The position numbers and the translations under genes are program-made. Shown here in pieces: positions 28,911 through 39,315 of a stretch of 64,000 nucleotides of DNA (the first letter of the stretch is position 1; each line of letters starts with the position of its first letter). The notes under the pieces are model-generated. The model saw only the letters and a list, made by a program, of their open reading frames with translations, made no database searches and had not been told where the DNA came from. The DNA comes from an uncultured Verrucomicrobiae bacterium (GTDB lineage Bacteria > Verrucomicrobiota > Verrucomicrobiia > Limisphaerales > Palsa-1400): NCBI GenBank assembly GCA_963702845.1, contig OY969763.1, positions 2,656,001 through 2,720,000 of the forward strand. Direction: 5' to 3'.

Positions 28911-29876
28911 ATGTGCATTAGTTTTTCATCCCAAACGACAATACGGGCAGTCCTGGCCACTATCATCAGCTTTTCCATGCCCGCAGTTCACGCGGGAACA
29001 ATCTGGAACGGACCAACAACAAATTTCACCCAAAACGTCTCGGGAACGAGCGATTTCCTGACGTCAAAAGTTATCATCAGCCGAGGCGGAAACTTCCCCG
29101 TTTACAACACAGTGTCGGAAGGCGCTGCCAACAAAATCAGCAGCCCTGCAGATACGGAATGGGCGTTCGGCACATTGGCCAACACAAACCTCACATATAA
29201 ATCGTTTTATAGCTTCGCCACCGCCTCTTCTCCAGGTGACGTCGCGGCCGGCGTAATAAACAAAAACGCGGTCTGCCATCTTAAAACTGACGATATTTTC
29301 CTGTCGGTGAAATTCACGGCTTGGGGTCAAAACCGCACCGGTGGATTTGCTTACACTCGTTCCACGCCGCCCGCCGTCGCGCCGACTCCGACGGTCGCCA
29401 TTACAAATCCGCCGTCCGGAACCGTTTACTCTGCGCCTGCCAATGTTAAAATCACGGCCATCGCAAGCGTGAGCAGCGGCTCGGTCACCAACGTCAGCTT
29501 CTTCCGTGGCGCAACTTTGATCGACTCCTCGGCAGTCTCGCCGTATAGCGTAACTGCCAGCAATCTTGCCGTTGGTTCTTACAATATAACCGCCGTCGCC
29601 ACCGCCGCTGGTGTTTCGGCAACATCTGCCGTTGTTACCGTCAGCATCATCAATCCGGTTCCGGTCGTGCTAACAACTCCGGTCGTCTCCAACGGCCAGG
29701 TTTCATTCAACTATTCCGCAGACCCCGGCATTCTTTACTCCGTGCAATCGTCCAGCGACCTTACCAACTGGAACTCCGGACCGACCAACTCGGCCGCTGT
29801 CAATTCAGTGCCGTTCAGCCAAGCCGCTGTTCCACCATACCGATTCTACCGCGTTTCACGTCAACCGAATCGATAA
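28911..29876 (+). CDS. Secreted protein: unknown N-terminal domain, Ig-like domain, C-terminal putative sorting domain
   Basis: ATG at 28911 gives a signal peptide (..AVHA/G); 'PTVAITNP...VTNVSFF...PYS...YNITAVAT' Ig-like; paralog of 33094-33756. Confidence 0.75.
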   Translation: MCISFSSQTTIRAVLATIISFSMPAVHAGTIWNGPTTNFTQNVSGTSDFLTSKVIISRGGNFPVYNTVSEGAANKISSPADTEWAFGTLANTNLTYKSFYSFATASSPGDVAAGVINKNAVCHLKTDDIFLSVKFTAWGQNRTGGFAYTRSTPPAVAPTPTVAITNPPSGTVYSAPANVKITAIASVSSGSVTNVSFFRGATLIDSSAVSPYSVTASNLAVGSYNITAVATAAGVSATSAVVTVSIINPVPVVLTTPVVSNGQVSFNYSADPGILYSVQSSSDLTNWNSGPTNSAAVNSVPFSQAAVPPYRFYRVSRQPNR

Positions 29877-29887
29877 GCCCAGTCCCG

Positions 29888-30673
29888 GTGAAACGCATCA
29901 TCGTTCCCCTGCTCCTGCTGATTCTTGCAGCGGGAACGGTTGTGATTTTCAATTCCTGCGCAAGTTTCGAAGGGGGCACCGTCATCGCCCCGCCGCAGAT
30001 CGAAGGCGCGACTTACGTCGGCGACAAAGCTTGTGCTGATTGCCATGACAAGATCACTCGCGTCTTTCCATCGAGTCCGCACGCGCGCATCCGCGTATCC
30101 AACGCGAAAATGCCGAGCCAACAAGGCTGCGAATCGTGCCACGGCCCGGGAAGCAAACACGTGGCTGCCGGCGGACGCCGATTTATCATCAATCCCGGCA
30201 AACAACCCGAAGCCTGTTTCCAATGCCACATTTCCGCCAATGTTGAATTCCACCTGCCTCAGCACCACCCCGTCCTCGAAGGCAAAATGAACTGCGTCCA
30301 ATGCCACGATCCGCACGGTATGGACATCATGAAACCGCACGGCGGCCTTGCCATGGCACGCATGAACGAAGCGTGTTCCAATTGCCACCGCGAACAGACA
30401 AAACCACACGTATTCGAACATCCAGCTTTGCGCGAAGGCTGCACGACGTGTCATTCCCCTCACGGCTCAGTAAACGCAAAGCTCCTTACAATTCGCGACT
30501 CGAATCTTTGTCTGCGCTGCCACGCCCAAGTCCAAAAACCCAGCTTCGCACCGGGGACCATTTTCATCGGCAACATCAATCACACAACTTATCTGCACTA
30601 CGGCACCTGCTGGACCGCCGGTTGCCACAGCGCCGTGCACGGCTCGAACGTTCAACCCTATTATTTGTACTGA
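29888..30673 (+). CDS. Multiheme cytochrome c, DmsE/MtrA-like (7 CxxCH + 1 CX4CH)
   Basis: CADCH, CESCH, CFQCH, CVQCH, CSNCH, CTTCH, CLRCH, CWTAGCH; 'YVGDKAC' and 'HSAVHGSN' are typical of MtrA/DmsE. Confidence 0.9.
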   Translation: MKRIIVPLLLLILAAGTVVIFNSCASFEGGTVIAPPQIEGATYVGDKACADCHDKITRVFPSSPHARIRVSNAKMPSQQGCESCHGPGSKHVAAGGRRFIINPGKQPEACFQCHISANVEFHLPQHHPVLEGKMNCVQCHDPHGMDIMKPHGGLAMARMNEACSNCHREQTKPHVFEHPALREGCTTCHSPHGSVNAKLLTIRDSNLCLRCHAQVQKPSFAPGTIFIGNINHTTYLHYGTCWTAGCHSAVHGSNVQPYYLY

Positions 30674-30676
30674 GCC

Positions 30677-33074
30677 ATGGTCTATGCCTTCAACAGATCC
30701 GCGCGCGTGAGCAAGCGGTTTCGCACCGTGGCCGTGTGGATAACACACCGCTTGCTCACGCATGCGGCTCTGTTCATTTGCATCTCCGCCTCCGCAGCTT
30801 TGGACGCGACAAAACTTCCTCCACCTGCCAACGCTGAAATCGATTTCACGCGCGACATCAAACCAATCCTCGACCAATCCTGCATCCGCTGTCACGGCCC
30901 CGAACGTCCACGCAGCAAATTCCGTTTGGACAATCGCGAAGACGCATTGAAAGGCGGCAAAGACGGCGTCGACATCATTTCTCACAACAGCGCGAAAAGT
31001 TTGATGATCTATTACGTCGCCGGTTTGGTCGAAGACATGGAAATGCCGCCGCCCGACAAAGGCGCAAAACTCACTCCGAAACAAGTTGGATTGCTCCGCG
31101 CATGGATTGATCAAGGCTTGGCGTGGGATTCAGCGGCGCCAACAAACTATTCATCCGTCACGCTTTCTCCAACCGTCGGGTTCACATTTCTCACCGGTGA
31201 CAACCGTAAATTCCGCGAACACTACTGGCAATGCGAAGGCGCTAACGGCGGCGCGGAAAATTTCGAAATGTTCTATCAGGCTGATAAAAACACCAAAGTC
31301 TCGGTTACCGGCCATGCCTTGCTCGATGATTACGACGTATCGTACCAAGTTGATCGCAACGACCTCGGCTTCTTCCACACCGGCTTTCAGGAATACCGGA
31401 AATATTTTGACGACACCGGCGGTTACTTCCCTGGCATCGTGAACACGCCGCTCTCGCTCAATCGCGATCTCCACCTCGACATCGGCAAAGTTTGGGCCGA
31501 CTTCGGCGTGACATTGCCGAATTGGCCACGAATGGTTTTCGGTTACGAATACGATTTCAAACGCGGAGACGAATCCGACACCTCATGGAACTCGACACCC
31601 CACGGCGCGCCCAACCTCGGTCCGGGCAGTCGCAATTTGAATGAAGCCGTGCACATCGCGAAGTTCGACCTCGACGCTGAAGTCAGCGGCATCAGCATCG
31701 AAGACCGTTTCCGCGCTGAATTCTACTCGCTCAATTCCCACTACACCAACGCCGATGCCCGTGGCGGCAGTTTCGAAAATGTCACCGAAGCCAATCACTA
31801 TTTCCAGGGCGAGAACTCGCTGCGTCTCGAACGCAAAGTAAACGACTGGCTCTTCGCATCCGGCGGCTACTTCTTCAGTAAACTCAACGGTGATGGCAAT
31901 TTCTCTGACACAATCGTCAACGTGCGCGGCACTACACATTGCCAGCGTCCCGCAGATCACGCTCGAGCGCGAATCGCACATACTCAATCTCAACGGCCTC
32001 TTCGGTCCGTTCGATGGCCTCACCATATCGACCGGCGTCCAAAGCGAATGGACCCGCCAAATAGGCACTGGCAAAGGCAATCTCAATCAAATTAATTCCG
32101 CCGATCCGCTGACGACGTTGCCAATTCTATTCACGACCCTTGCATCCGATTACGATTTGAATTCGATTTCCGAAAACATCGCGCTGCGTTACACGAAAAT
32201 TCCGTTCACCGCACTTTTCGCCGAAGCCCGCGCCCAACAACAAAGCATTGGCCAATCCGATTTCGACGTGCAGCCCGGCTTTATCTACGGCGAGAATCCA
32301 GATTACGCGAACCAGGTCACCGACCTCCGTTTTGGATTCAACACCTCGCCATGGCGACAGGTCACATGGAGCGCTCACTACCGCCGTTACGAAGATGATA
32401 GCTGGTATGAAAAACGAACCGTCGAATTACCGACCGGTGGCTATCCCGGCTTTATCAAATCACGGTCGCTGCTTACTGACGAAGTTGAAACCAAACTCGC
32501 GATCCATCCAGCCACCTGGCTCAAATCCACACTCTTCTATCGATATCTAATCACCGATTACAACTCCGTCACGCCAGCCGCAATCAATCAATTTTCGCCG
32601 GATATTGTTTCGACTGGCGGCGCGCTTCTCGCTGGCCGCGACCAGGCGCACGTCTACGGCATCAGCACAACAATCACACCGATTCGCCGCCTCTTTCTCG
32701 ACACGACTTTCCAATACCAACCAACATCCACCACCACCGCCGACAACGGCACTAAGTTCATCCAAAACTATCAGGGCGATATCTACAGCCTCATCGCCAG
32801 CGCCAGCTACGTTCTGACAACGAACACAGATTTCTTCAGCAGCTACTCCTATTCTAAAGCCAACTACAGCCAACCCTTCAACGGCTTTGCCGTACCTTTG
32901 GGAATTGATTACGACCAACACGCCGTCCGCGCAGGATTAAACCACAGGTTCAACGCGACCATTTCGGGAAAACTGCAATACGCCTTCTACACCTATTCCG
33001 AACCCAGTTCCGTCGGCGTCACCGACTACACCGCCCACTCCATCTTTGCGACATTAACAGTGAAACTCCAGTAG
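30677..33074 (+). CDS. MtrB/PioB-like outer-membrane beta-barrel with N-terminal planctomycete-type cytochrome c domain; frameshift near 31930
   Basis: ORF 30677-32095 ('IDFTRDIKPILDQSCIRCHG...EMPP...LLRAWIDQG', then amphipathic strands) continues in ORF 31890-33074 ending 'HSIFATLTVKLQ'; joined length about 800 aa; follows the multiheme cytochrome. Confidence 0.75.
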
Positions 33075-33097
33075 CGCGGATTGCCAATCGGCGCTAC
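33071..33097. repeat. GTAG-type palindrome between convergent genes
   Basis: GTAGCGC-gGATTgccAATCg-GCGCTAC. Confidence 0.7.
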
Positions 33098-33756
33098 GGC
33101 AAGACCCGCCTCACCCGATAAAACCGCATCACACCCGAAGAATTTTCCGAAAATTGCCCCACCGTGCTCGCCGCAACATTCGTCACTCCCGCCACCCAAT
33201 TCACCAAATCCAACGACCCATCGACTACATAACTCAAATTCGTAACTGTCGAATAATTAAACTGCACTTGTCCGTCCGTCACACTCGCATCCCAAATCGT
33301 CGGCAAAACCGGCGGTGTCGATCGGATATAAGCAAACCCACCCGCCCCCTTCGAAGCCCAAAACGTCATTTGCATTGAAACATAAATATCCTCGGATATC
33401 AGATGAACGACGAACTGTTTACCCACAAGGTTCGTCGGCGACTGCCCATTCAACCACCCAAGCCAGTTGGTAAAAGTCAGTGATTGATATTGGTTCGCCG
33501 TTCCAAAAGCCCATTCCGTATCACCAGGACTGAGAGGCCCCGCAAATGTTTCCGAAAATGCATTGAATAGTCCGCTCGAATTCGTCCGCGTCAGCCAAAC
33601 ATGCGGCGTGAGCCGATCCTGATTCGCCGGCTGGGTCGTGTCGATTCCAGGCTGCGAATAGGTAATCAACGGCCCATCCCACACCAATCCTGCGTGGACA
33701 GAAGTGCAGACAAACAAAAACAAAACAACTTTGGGGAACAAAAATCGCGCAGGCAT
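33094..33756 (-). CDS. Secreted hypothetical protein, paralog of 28911-29876 lacking the Ig domain
   Basis: Shared 'W[ND]GP', 'SP[AG]DTEWAFGT', 'HLxx[DE]DI', 'GGFAYxRSTPP' and 'RFYRV'. Confidence 0.8.
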   Translation of the reverse strand: MPARFLFPKVVLFLFVCTSVHAGLVWDGPLITYSQPGIDTTQPANQDRLTPHVWLTRTNSSGLFNAFSETFAGPLSPGDTEWAFGTANQYQSLTFTNWLGWLNGQSPTNLVGKQFVVHLISEDIYVSMQMTFWASKGAGGFAYIRSTPPVLPTIWDASVTDGQVQFNYSTVTNLSYVVDGSLDLVNWVAGVTNVAASTVGQFSENSSGVMRFYRVRRVLP

Positions 33757-33883
33757 TAATTTACCAACATATGATGCCTGAACGCCTTACTTGTTCCTAG
33801 TATTTTGACCGATGCACCAACCGCGCAATTCGTTGCCGACCTAATAGTTCTGTTCTGCGCGAAGCCGCAGATTATAGTAACGC

Positions 33884-35140
33884 ATGGCATGGCCACGCGC
33901 GCTCGTCGCGCTCAATTCTAGAAACTATCGTTTGATCTTCGTCGGACAGATCGTGTCGCTCATCGGCACGTGGATGACTTCGACCGCATCTCTGTGGCTC
34001 ATTTACCATCTCAGTTCATCCGCTTTCTTGCTTGGAGTTATCGGTTTCGCCAGTCAGGCGCCGATCGCGTTCCTCTCTCCAATCGGCGGCGTCCTGGCAG
34101 ATCGCTTCGACCGGCTCACGCTGCTGAAATTCACGCAAATCCTCTCCGCCGCGCAATCTTTCGTCATGGCAGCGTTGGCCTATTGGGGGCTGATCAACGA
34201 ATCGTGGCTTATCGGCCTGTCGCTTGTCCAAGGAGTCATTAACGCCATCGATATGCCCGTGCGCCAATCGCTTGTCATCTCACTCGTCGAAAAACGCGAA
34301 CACGTCGGTAACTCTATCGCTCTCAACTCCGCTGTCTTCAACCTCGCGCGGCTAATCGGTCCTGCCATCGCCGGTTTCATCATCGTCTACGTCGGTGCGG
34401 CCGGATGCTATTTCGTCGACGGCATCAGCTACTTCGCTGTAATCGTCTCGCTATTTTTCGTACGCATTAACACACTGCCGGCACGCGAACGCCGCCATCC
34501 GCTCACCGAAATGCGCGAAGGCTTCGACTACGCATGGGGCTTCCATCCCATTCGTGCAATCCTCGTCACCAGCGGCCTCATCAGTTTCGTCGGTTTCTCC
34601 TACGCCATCCTGATGCCGCTGTTTGCGAAGGACGTCTTCCACGGCGACGCCCGCACCCTCGGCTACCTCATGGCCGCGACCGGCGTCGGCGCAGTCATTG
34701 CCGGCGGTTACCTCAGTATGCGCACTTCAATTAAGGGCCTCGGCAACGTCATCGCTCTCGGCGGAATGATCATGGGCATCGGCCTGATGGCCTTCGGTTT
34801 TTCAAGATCGCTGCCTCTGTCGCTGCTCTTCCTAATGATCGCCGGTTTTGGCGCAGTATTAATGATGGCCGGAAGCAACACCGTCTTGCAGGCAATCGTC
34901 GAAGAGGACAAGCGCGGCCGCGTCATGGCGCTGTTCACCATGGCCGTGATGGGCTCGATGCCTTTTGGAAATCTGCTTATCGGTTGGATCGCAAAAGTTC
35001 TTACCGCGCCGATCGCATTATCCATTTCCGGCGCAGTCGTGTTCGTCGTCGCCATTGCCTTTTTCCGACAACTCCCAAAAATCCGCGAAGCCGCCGCGCC
35101 GCTCATGAATAAACTCGGACTACTTGAGATTCGCAGCTAA
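33884..35140 (+). CDS. MFS transporter
   Basis: About 12 TM segments; 'NYRLIFVGQIVSLIGTWM', 'GGVLADRFDR', 'RGRVMAL'. Confidence 0.92.
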   Translation: MAWPRALVALNSRNYRLIFVGQIVSLIGTWMTSTASLWLIYHLSSSAFLLGVIGFASQAPIAFLSPIGGVLADRFDRLTLLKFTQILSAAQSFVMAALAYWGLINESWLIGLSLVQGVINAIDMPVRQSLVISLVEKREHVGNSIALNSAVFNLARLIGPAIAGFIIVYVGAAGCYFVDGISYFAVIVSLFFVRINTLPARERRHPLTEMREGFDYAWGFHPIRAILVTSGLISFVGFSYAILMPLFAKDVFHGDARTLGYLMAATGVGAVIAGGYLSMRTSIKGLGNVIALGGMIMGIGLMAFGFSRSLPLSLLFLMIAGFGAVLMMAGSNTVLQAIVEEDKRGRVMALFTMAVMGSMPFGNLLIGWIAKVLTAPIALSISGAVVFVVAIAFFRQLPKIREAAAPLMNKLGLLEIRS

Positions 35141-35172
35141 TTGCGCCATAGATTACCCGGAATTTTAAACTT

Positions 35173-36171
35173 ATGCCCCAAGCCGCTCATCCAGCATCCA
35201 TCAAAACAGTCGAACGCCACTTTCTCGAACGCAAAGGCCGCAACCCGCACGCCACCACTGAATTCTGCTGGCTGCTCACCGGCATCACGCTCGCGACAAA
35301 AATCATTGCGTCGCAAATCCAACGCGCCGGACTGCTCGATGTCTTCGGCAAAACCGGCGAGGTCAACGTGCAAGGCGAAGAAGTCCAAAAACTCGACATC
35401 ATCGCGAATGAAACCTTGGTGCGCTGTCTTGGCTATCGCGGCAACGTCGGCCTGCTCGTGAGTGAAGAAGACGAAGAACCACACGTCATCCAGGACGCCG
35501 AGGAAGGTGGAAAATACACCGTGCTCTTCGACCCGCTCGACGGCTCCAGCAACATCAACGCGAACGTCAACATCGGTACCATTTTTTCGATTTTAGAACG
35601 CGACACAAAACGAAATTCCAAAGACCATCGCGGCGACATTCTTCAACCCGGCACAAAACAAGTCGCTGCCGGTTACGTTTTGTATGGCAGTAGCACCGTG
35701 CTCGCCTTTTCCGCCGGCAATGGCGTCCACCTGTTCATGCTCGAGCCCAGCATCGGCGCATTCATTCTCGCACAAGAAAACGTGCAGATGCCCGAGACCG
35801 GCAAAACCTACAGCACCAACGAAGCGTATTCGCGCAAGTATCCCGAAGGCATTCAAAAGTATCTCGACTGGGTGAAAACCGACGAAGCCGGATACAGCTC
35901 CCGCTACATCGGTTCGCTTGTGGCCGACTTCCATCGCACGCTCATTCGCGGCGGCGTCTTTCTGTATCCCGAGACCACGAAAGCGCCCAAAGGCAAACTG
36001 CGTTTGATGTATGAAGCCAACCCGCTGGCCTTCCTGGCCGAACAAGCCGGCGGCATGGCCAGCACCGGCAAAGAACGCATCCTCGACATCCAACCCACCC
36101 TCATGCACGAGCGCACCCCGCTCATCATCGGCAGCAAAAAGGAAGTGCAGAAGGTTCTGTCGTTTCTATGA
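35173..36171 (+). CDS. fbp: Class 1 fructose-1,6-bisphosphatase
   Basis: 'NVQGEEVQKLD', 'FDPLDGSSN', 'RYIGSLVADFHR', 'GKLRLMYEANP'. Confidence 0.97.
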   Translation: MPQAAHPASIKTVERHFLERKGRNPHATTEFCWLLTGITLATKIIASQIQRAGLLDVFGKTGEVNVQGEEVQKLDIIANETLVRCLGYRGNVGLLVSEEDEEPHVIQDAEEGGKYTVLFDPLDGSSNINANVNIGTIFSILERDTKRNSKDHRGDILQPGTKQVAAGYVLYGSSTVLAFSAGNGVHLFMLEPSIGAFILAQENVQMPETGKTYSTNEAYSRKYPEGIQKYLDWVKTDEAGYSSRYIGSLVADFHRTLIRGGVFLYPETTKAPKGKLRLMYEANPLAFLAEQAGGMASTGKERILDIQPTLMHERTPLIIGSKKEVQKVLSFL

Positions 36172-36182
36172 ACTGATCAACG

Positions 36183-37889
36183 CTAACGAATCTTCAGTTC
36201 AATGATGCCGTTATCTGGCCGCACAATGATGCGCGTGTATTTCATCGGCGCAGGATCTTTCATCTTCAGTTTATTAAAACCCGTTGCGAATAGCGGTGCG
36301 TAAGCGTCTGGTTCAATTCGAACCAGTCTTCCGGTTTCGATTTGAACTGTTGCCTTTCCGTTCCACTCTAGATCATTGCCAGCCTGCCTAGGTGCGCGTG
36401 GGCAGTACCAGATAAAATCATTCGTGGCATGTTTGATAAACCGCAACTCTCGTTCCTTGCGATTCATCTCAATGAGTAACTGATTCGTGTTCGCACTGCA
36501 TCGAATCGCGGCGTTGGTTCCATTGTCGCTTATAGAATCAACCGCACAATCGAATGCCGGCTTACCCTCAACGTTTATCGTAGCCAAGACTGGTTCACCA
36601 CCCGCATGGACAACAAGTCGATCCTTTGCTACTCCCACCAATAAATCAGCCGGCTGCCACGACTGCCGCATGTAAGCTTCACCAATTGATTTGAAATAAT
36701 ACGACAGCGCCCCGGCATCGACCTGATCAGGAACGCTCGAATCGAACCAGCAGTAGCCGTATCCACCGAGTTCAAAAAGCAATTGCTCACCATGCGGCGT
36801 TGTCGCGCGCGTTTTCTGAAGCGCGCCCAGTGTTTGGTCCCAATTGGCCAATTTTTGATAGAGCGGACGCCTGTACTCGCGAGCCAAAAACGCGAGCACC
36901 GGCGAATAGTAATCGAGCTGTCCGTAATAAGGTTCAAGCACCGTGTCGTCGTTATTTTGCGAGTAGCCGGGAATGTGTTCGCTTGCGACTGACGCCAGCG
37001 CCAGATCCGCGTTCATCTGATTCTGAAATTTTTTGAAAAGATCACGGCCCGTCACCCGACGCAATGGATCCATGAAAAACATCCGATATTGCATCGTGGA
37101 CGCCCAAAACGTCGCGCCTTCAACTTGCGCTCCATCACTCGCCAAGCCATTCGGCAAAAGATGTTCTTCGAACTTTTTCGCCGTCGCATCCACCCACTTT
37201 TGAGCGTCCGGCGTTTCTCCCAACAACGCCAAACCCACAACCCCAAACGAACTCCACTCTACAACCGCATGATGAGTGTGAAATCCTGGGCCGGCGATTG
37301 TCGGCGTGCTGAAATATTTATCGTAATAAAGTTTCCCAATTCGTTCCAACGTCCCACGAATTTCACTTCGTTCCTCCTCCGTGAAACAATCAAACGCCAT
37401 ATCGTAAGCCACCGCAATTCCCTTGAGCAAACGCGAGACCGCATACCCTTTGCCGCTGTCGGGCACGCCGTCAGCTTCGTGTTGCCACGCGCGACAACTT
37501 GCCAAAGCCCATTGGCGCGTGGCTTCGCCATATCGTCGATTGCCACTCAACGCATACGCAAAAGACAAATGCTCCGTAATCGCGAGATCCTGCATGATCG
37601 CATAAAAACGGTCATACAGATTTTCATAAATGGGATCGGGTGAAACAGGAGCAATCCAATTCGTGCGAGGACTCTTCGTTAAGCACCATTCCGCTGATGC
37701 CGCAAGGTTCGTCCAGATTCTGGCGTGGGCGGGTTCAGCGCGCATAGCGCGTAACTGGATTAATTGCTGAGCATTGAAATACAGCCGTGGATGGGATAGG
37801 TTGCCGTTCGTCAAACCCTCCGCTCCGTATAACGAAGTGGCAACAATTACCGACGCAAACAGAGCAATAAGACGTGTCGGCAGTTTCAT
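36183..37889 (-). CDS. Secreted DUF4962 / heparinase II/III-like polysaccharide lyase-fold protein
   Basis: Signal peptide; 'HPRLYF', 'IAVAYD', 'DGAQVEGATFW', 'AYMRQSW'. Confidence 0.65.
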   Translation of the reverse strand: MKLPTRLIALFASVIVATSLYGAEGLTNGNLSHPRLYFNAQQLIQLRAMRAEPAHARIWTNLAASAEWCLTKSPRTNWIAPVSPDPIYENLYDRFYAIMQDLAITEHLSFAYALSGNRRYGEATRQWALASCRAWQHEADGVPDSGKGYAVSRLLKGIAVAYDMAFDCFTEEERSEIRGTLERIGKLYYDKYFSTPTIAGPGFHTHHAVVEWSSFGVVGLALLGETPDAQKWVDATAKKFEEHLLPNGLASDGAQVEGATFWASTMQYRMFFMDPLRRVTGRDLFKKFQNQMNADLALASVASEHIPGYSQNNDDTVLEPYYGQLDYYSPVLAFLAREYRRPLYQKLANWDQTLGALQKTRATTPHGEQLLFELGGYGYCWFDSSVPDQVDAGALSYYFKSIGEAYMRQSWQPADLLVGVAKDRLVVHAGGEPVLATINVEGKPAFDCAVDSISDNGTNAAIRCSANTNQLLIEMNRKERELRFIKHATNDFIWYCPRAPRQAGNDLEWNGKATVQIETGRLVRIEPDAYAPLFATGFNKLKMKDPAPMKYTRIIVRPDNGIIELKIR

Positions 37890-37999
37890 TTGGATGCCAT
37901 GGAGATGGCTCGCTTTGAATGCGCTGTCAAACCATTGTTACTTCAGTATCGATTTAGAACCAAGTTGCCTTGCGTTAGAAAACTCAGTTCAATGGCCTT

Positions 38000-39268
38000 G
38001 TGAAAGCCAGTTTCTCGTTCGCGATCGTCTTTCTTTGCGCGCTCACCTCCGGTGCCGTTCCTACGAAACAAATCAACCAACTTGCCGACGATGCACGCCC
38101 AATGGTCGTCAGTGAACGCCGCGATTTTCATGTGCACCCCGAGTTATCAAATCGCGAGGTGCGCACGGAACAAGTGATTATAGCCAGACTGCTCGAGCTT
38201 AGTTTGACGGACATGCGGACTAATGTCGCGCATCATGGCGTCGTCGCCTTGCTCAAAGGCGGCAAGCCCGGCCCGGTCGTCGCCTATCGCGCGGACATCG
38301 ATGCGCTTCCGATCAACGAAGTCCACAACGTGCCGTATCGATCAACGGTCCCGAATGTCATGCACGCTTGCGGGCACGACGCGCACGCCGCGATTGGTCT
38401 CGGCGTCGCCGAGGTGCTCAGCAAAATGCGCGCTGATCTACCAGGAACGGTGAAATTTATTTTCCAATCAGCCGAAGAAGGCGCGCCGAGCGGAGAAGAA
38501 GGCGGCGCCGCGTTGATGATTAAAGAAGGCGCCATGGAGAGTCCGAAGCCGCTCGCGATTTTTGGCATGCACGCGACCACTGAAATTGAAGTCGGCCAAA
38601 TCGGCGTGAGGGCCGGCCCGGCGCAAGCCTCGGCAAACATGTTTGACCTGACAATTCGCGGAAAGATGTCGCACGCCGCCCATCCTGAAAAAGGGATTGA
38701 TACCATCGTTGTCGCTTCTGAATGCGTGACCGCATTGCAAACAATCAAAAGCCGCAGTATCGATACGTTTGATCCAGTCATTCTGACCATTGGCACGATT
38801 CACGGAGGCAACCGCCGGAATATTATTGCGGGTGAAGTGAAGATGGAGGGCACGATTCGAACATTCACCGACAGCGCGCTAACCAGCATCAAACAGCAGA
38901 TGCACCAGACTTTAAAAGGGATCTGCGACGCGTACGGCGCGACGTATGAACTGCACATTGATGAAGCGACCGTTCCTGTGATGAACGATCCCGCGCTGGT
39001 GAAGGAAACGCTTCCGGCGTTACGCGCAGCGATTGGTGATGCAAAGGTCGTCGATGCCGAACTGCGGATGGGTGCAGAGGACTTTTCCTATTTCCAGCGC
39101 GTCGTTCCCGGATTTTATTGGCGGCTCGGTTCAGGCAACAAAGACAAAGGAATTGTCGCCGAAGCGCACACGCCTGATTTTGATATCGATGAAGATTGCC
39201 TTGTCGTTGGCGTGAAGAGCATGGCCAATGTACTGTGGGACTACCTTGAACGACACGGTTCAAAATAA
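38000..39268 (+). CDS. M20 family amidohydrolase
   Basis: 'HVHPELSNRE', 'RADIDALP', 'MHACGHDAH', 'FQSAEEG', 'GAEDFS'. Confidence 0.95.
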   Translation: MKASFSFAIVFLCALTSGAVPTKQINQLADDARPMVVSERRDFHVHPELSNREVRTEQVIIARLLELSLTDMRTNVAHHGVVALLKGGKPGPVVAYRADIDALPINEVHNVPYRSTVPNVMHACGHDAHAAIGLGVAEVLSKMRADLPGTVKFIFQSAEEGAPSGEEGGAALMIKEGAMESPKPLAIFGMHATTEIEVGQIGVRAGPAQASANMFDLTIRGKMSHAAHPEKGIDTIVVASECVTALQTIKSRSIDTFDPVILTIGTIHGGNRRNIIAGEVKMEGTIRTFTDSALTSIKQQMHQTLKGICDAYGATYELHIDEATVPVMNDPALVKETLPALRAAIGDAKVVDAELRMGAEDFSYFQRVVPGFYWRLGSGNKDKGIVAEAHTPDFDIDEDCLVVGVKSMANVLWDYLERHGSK

Positions 39269-39315
39269 TAAGTTCTTTAGCACAAGCGCCTGATACTTAT
39301 TTCGCTTCCGAAAAA

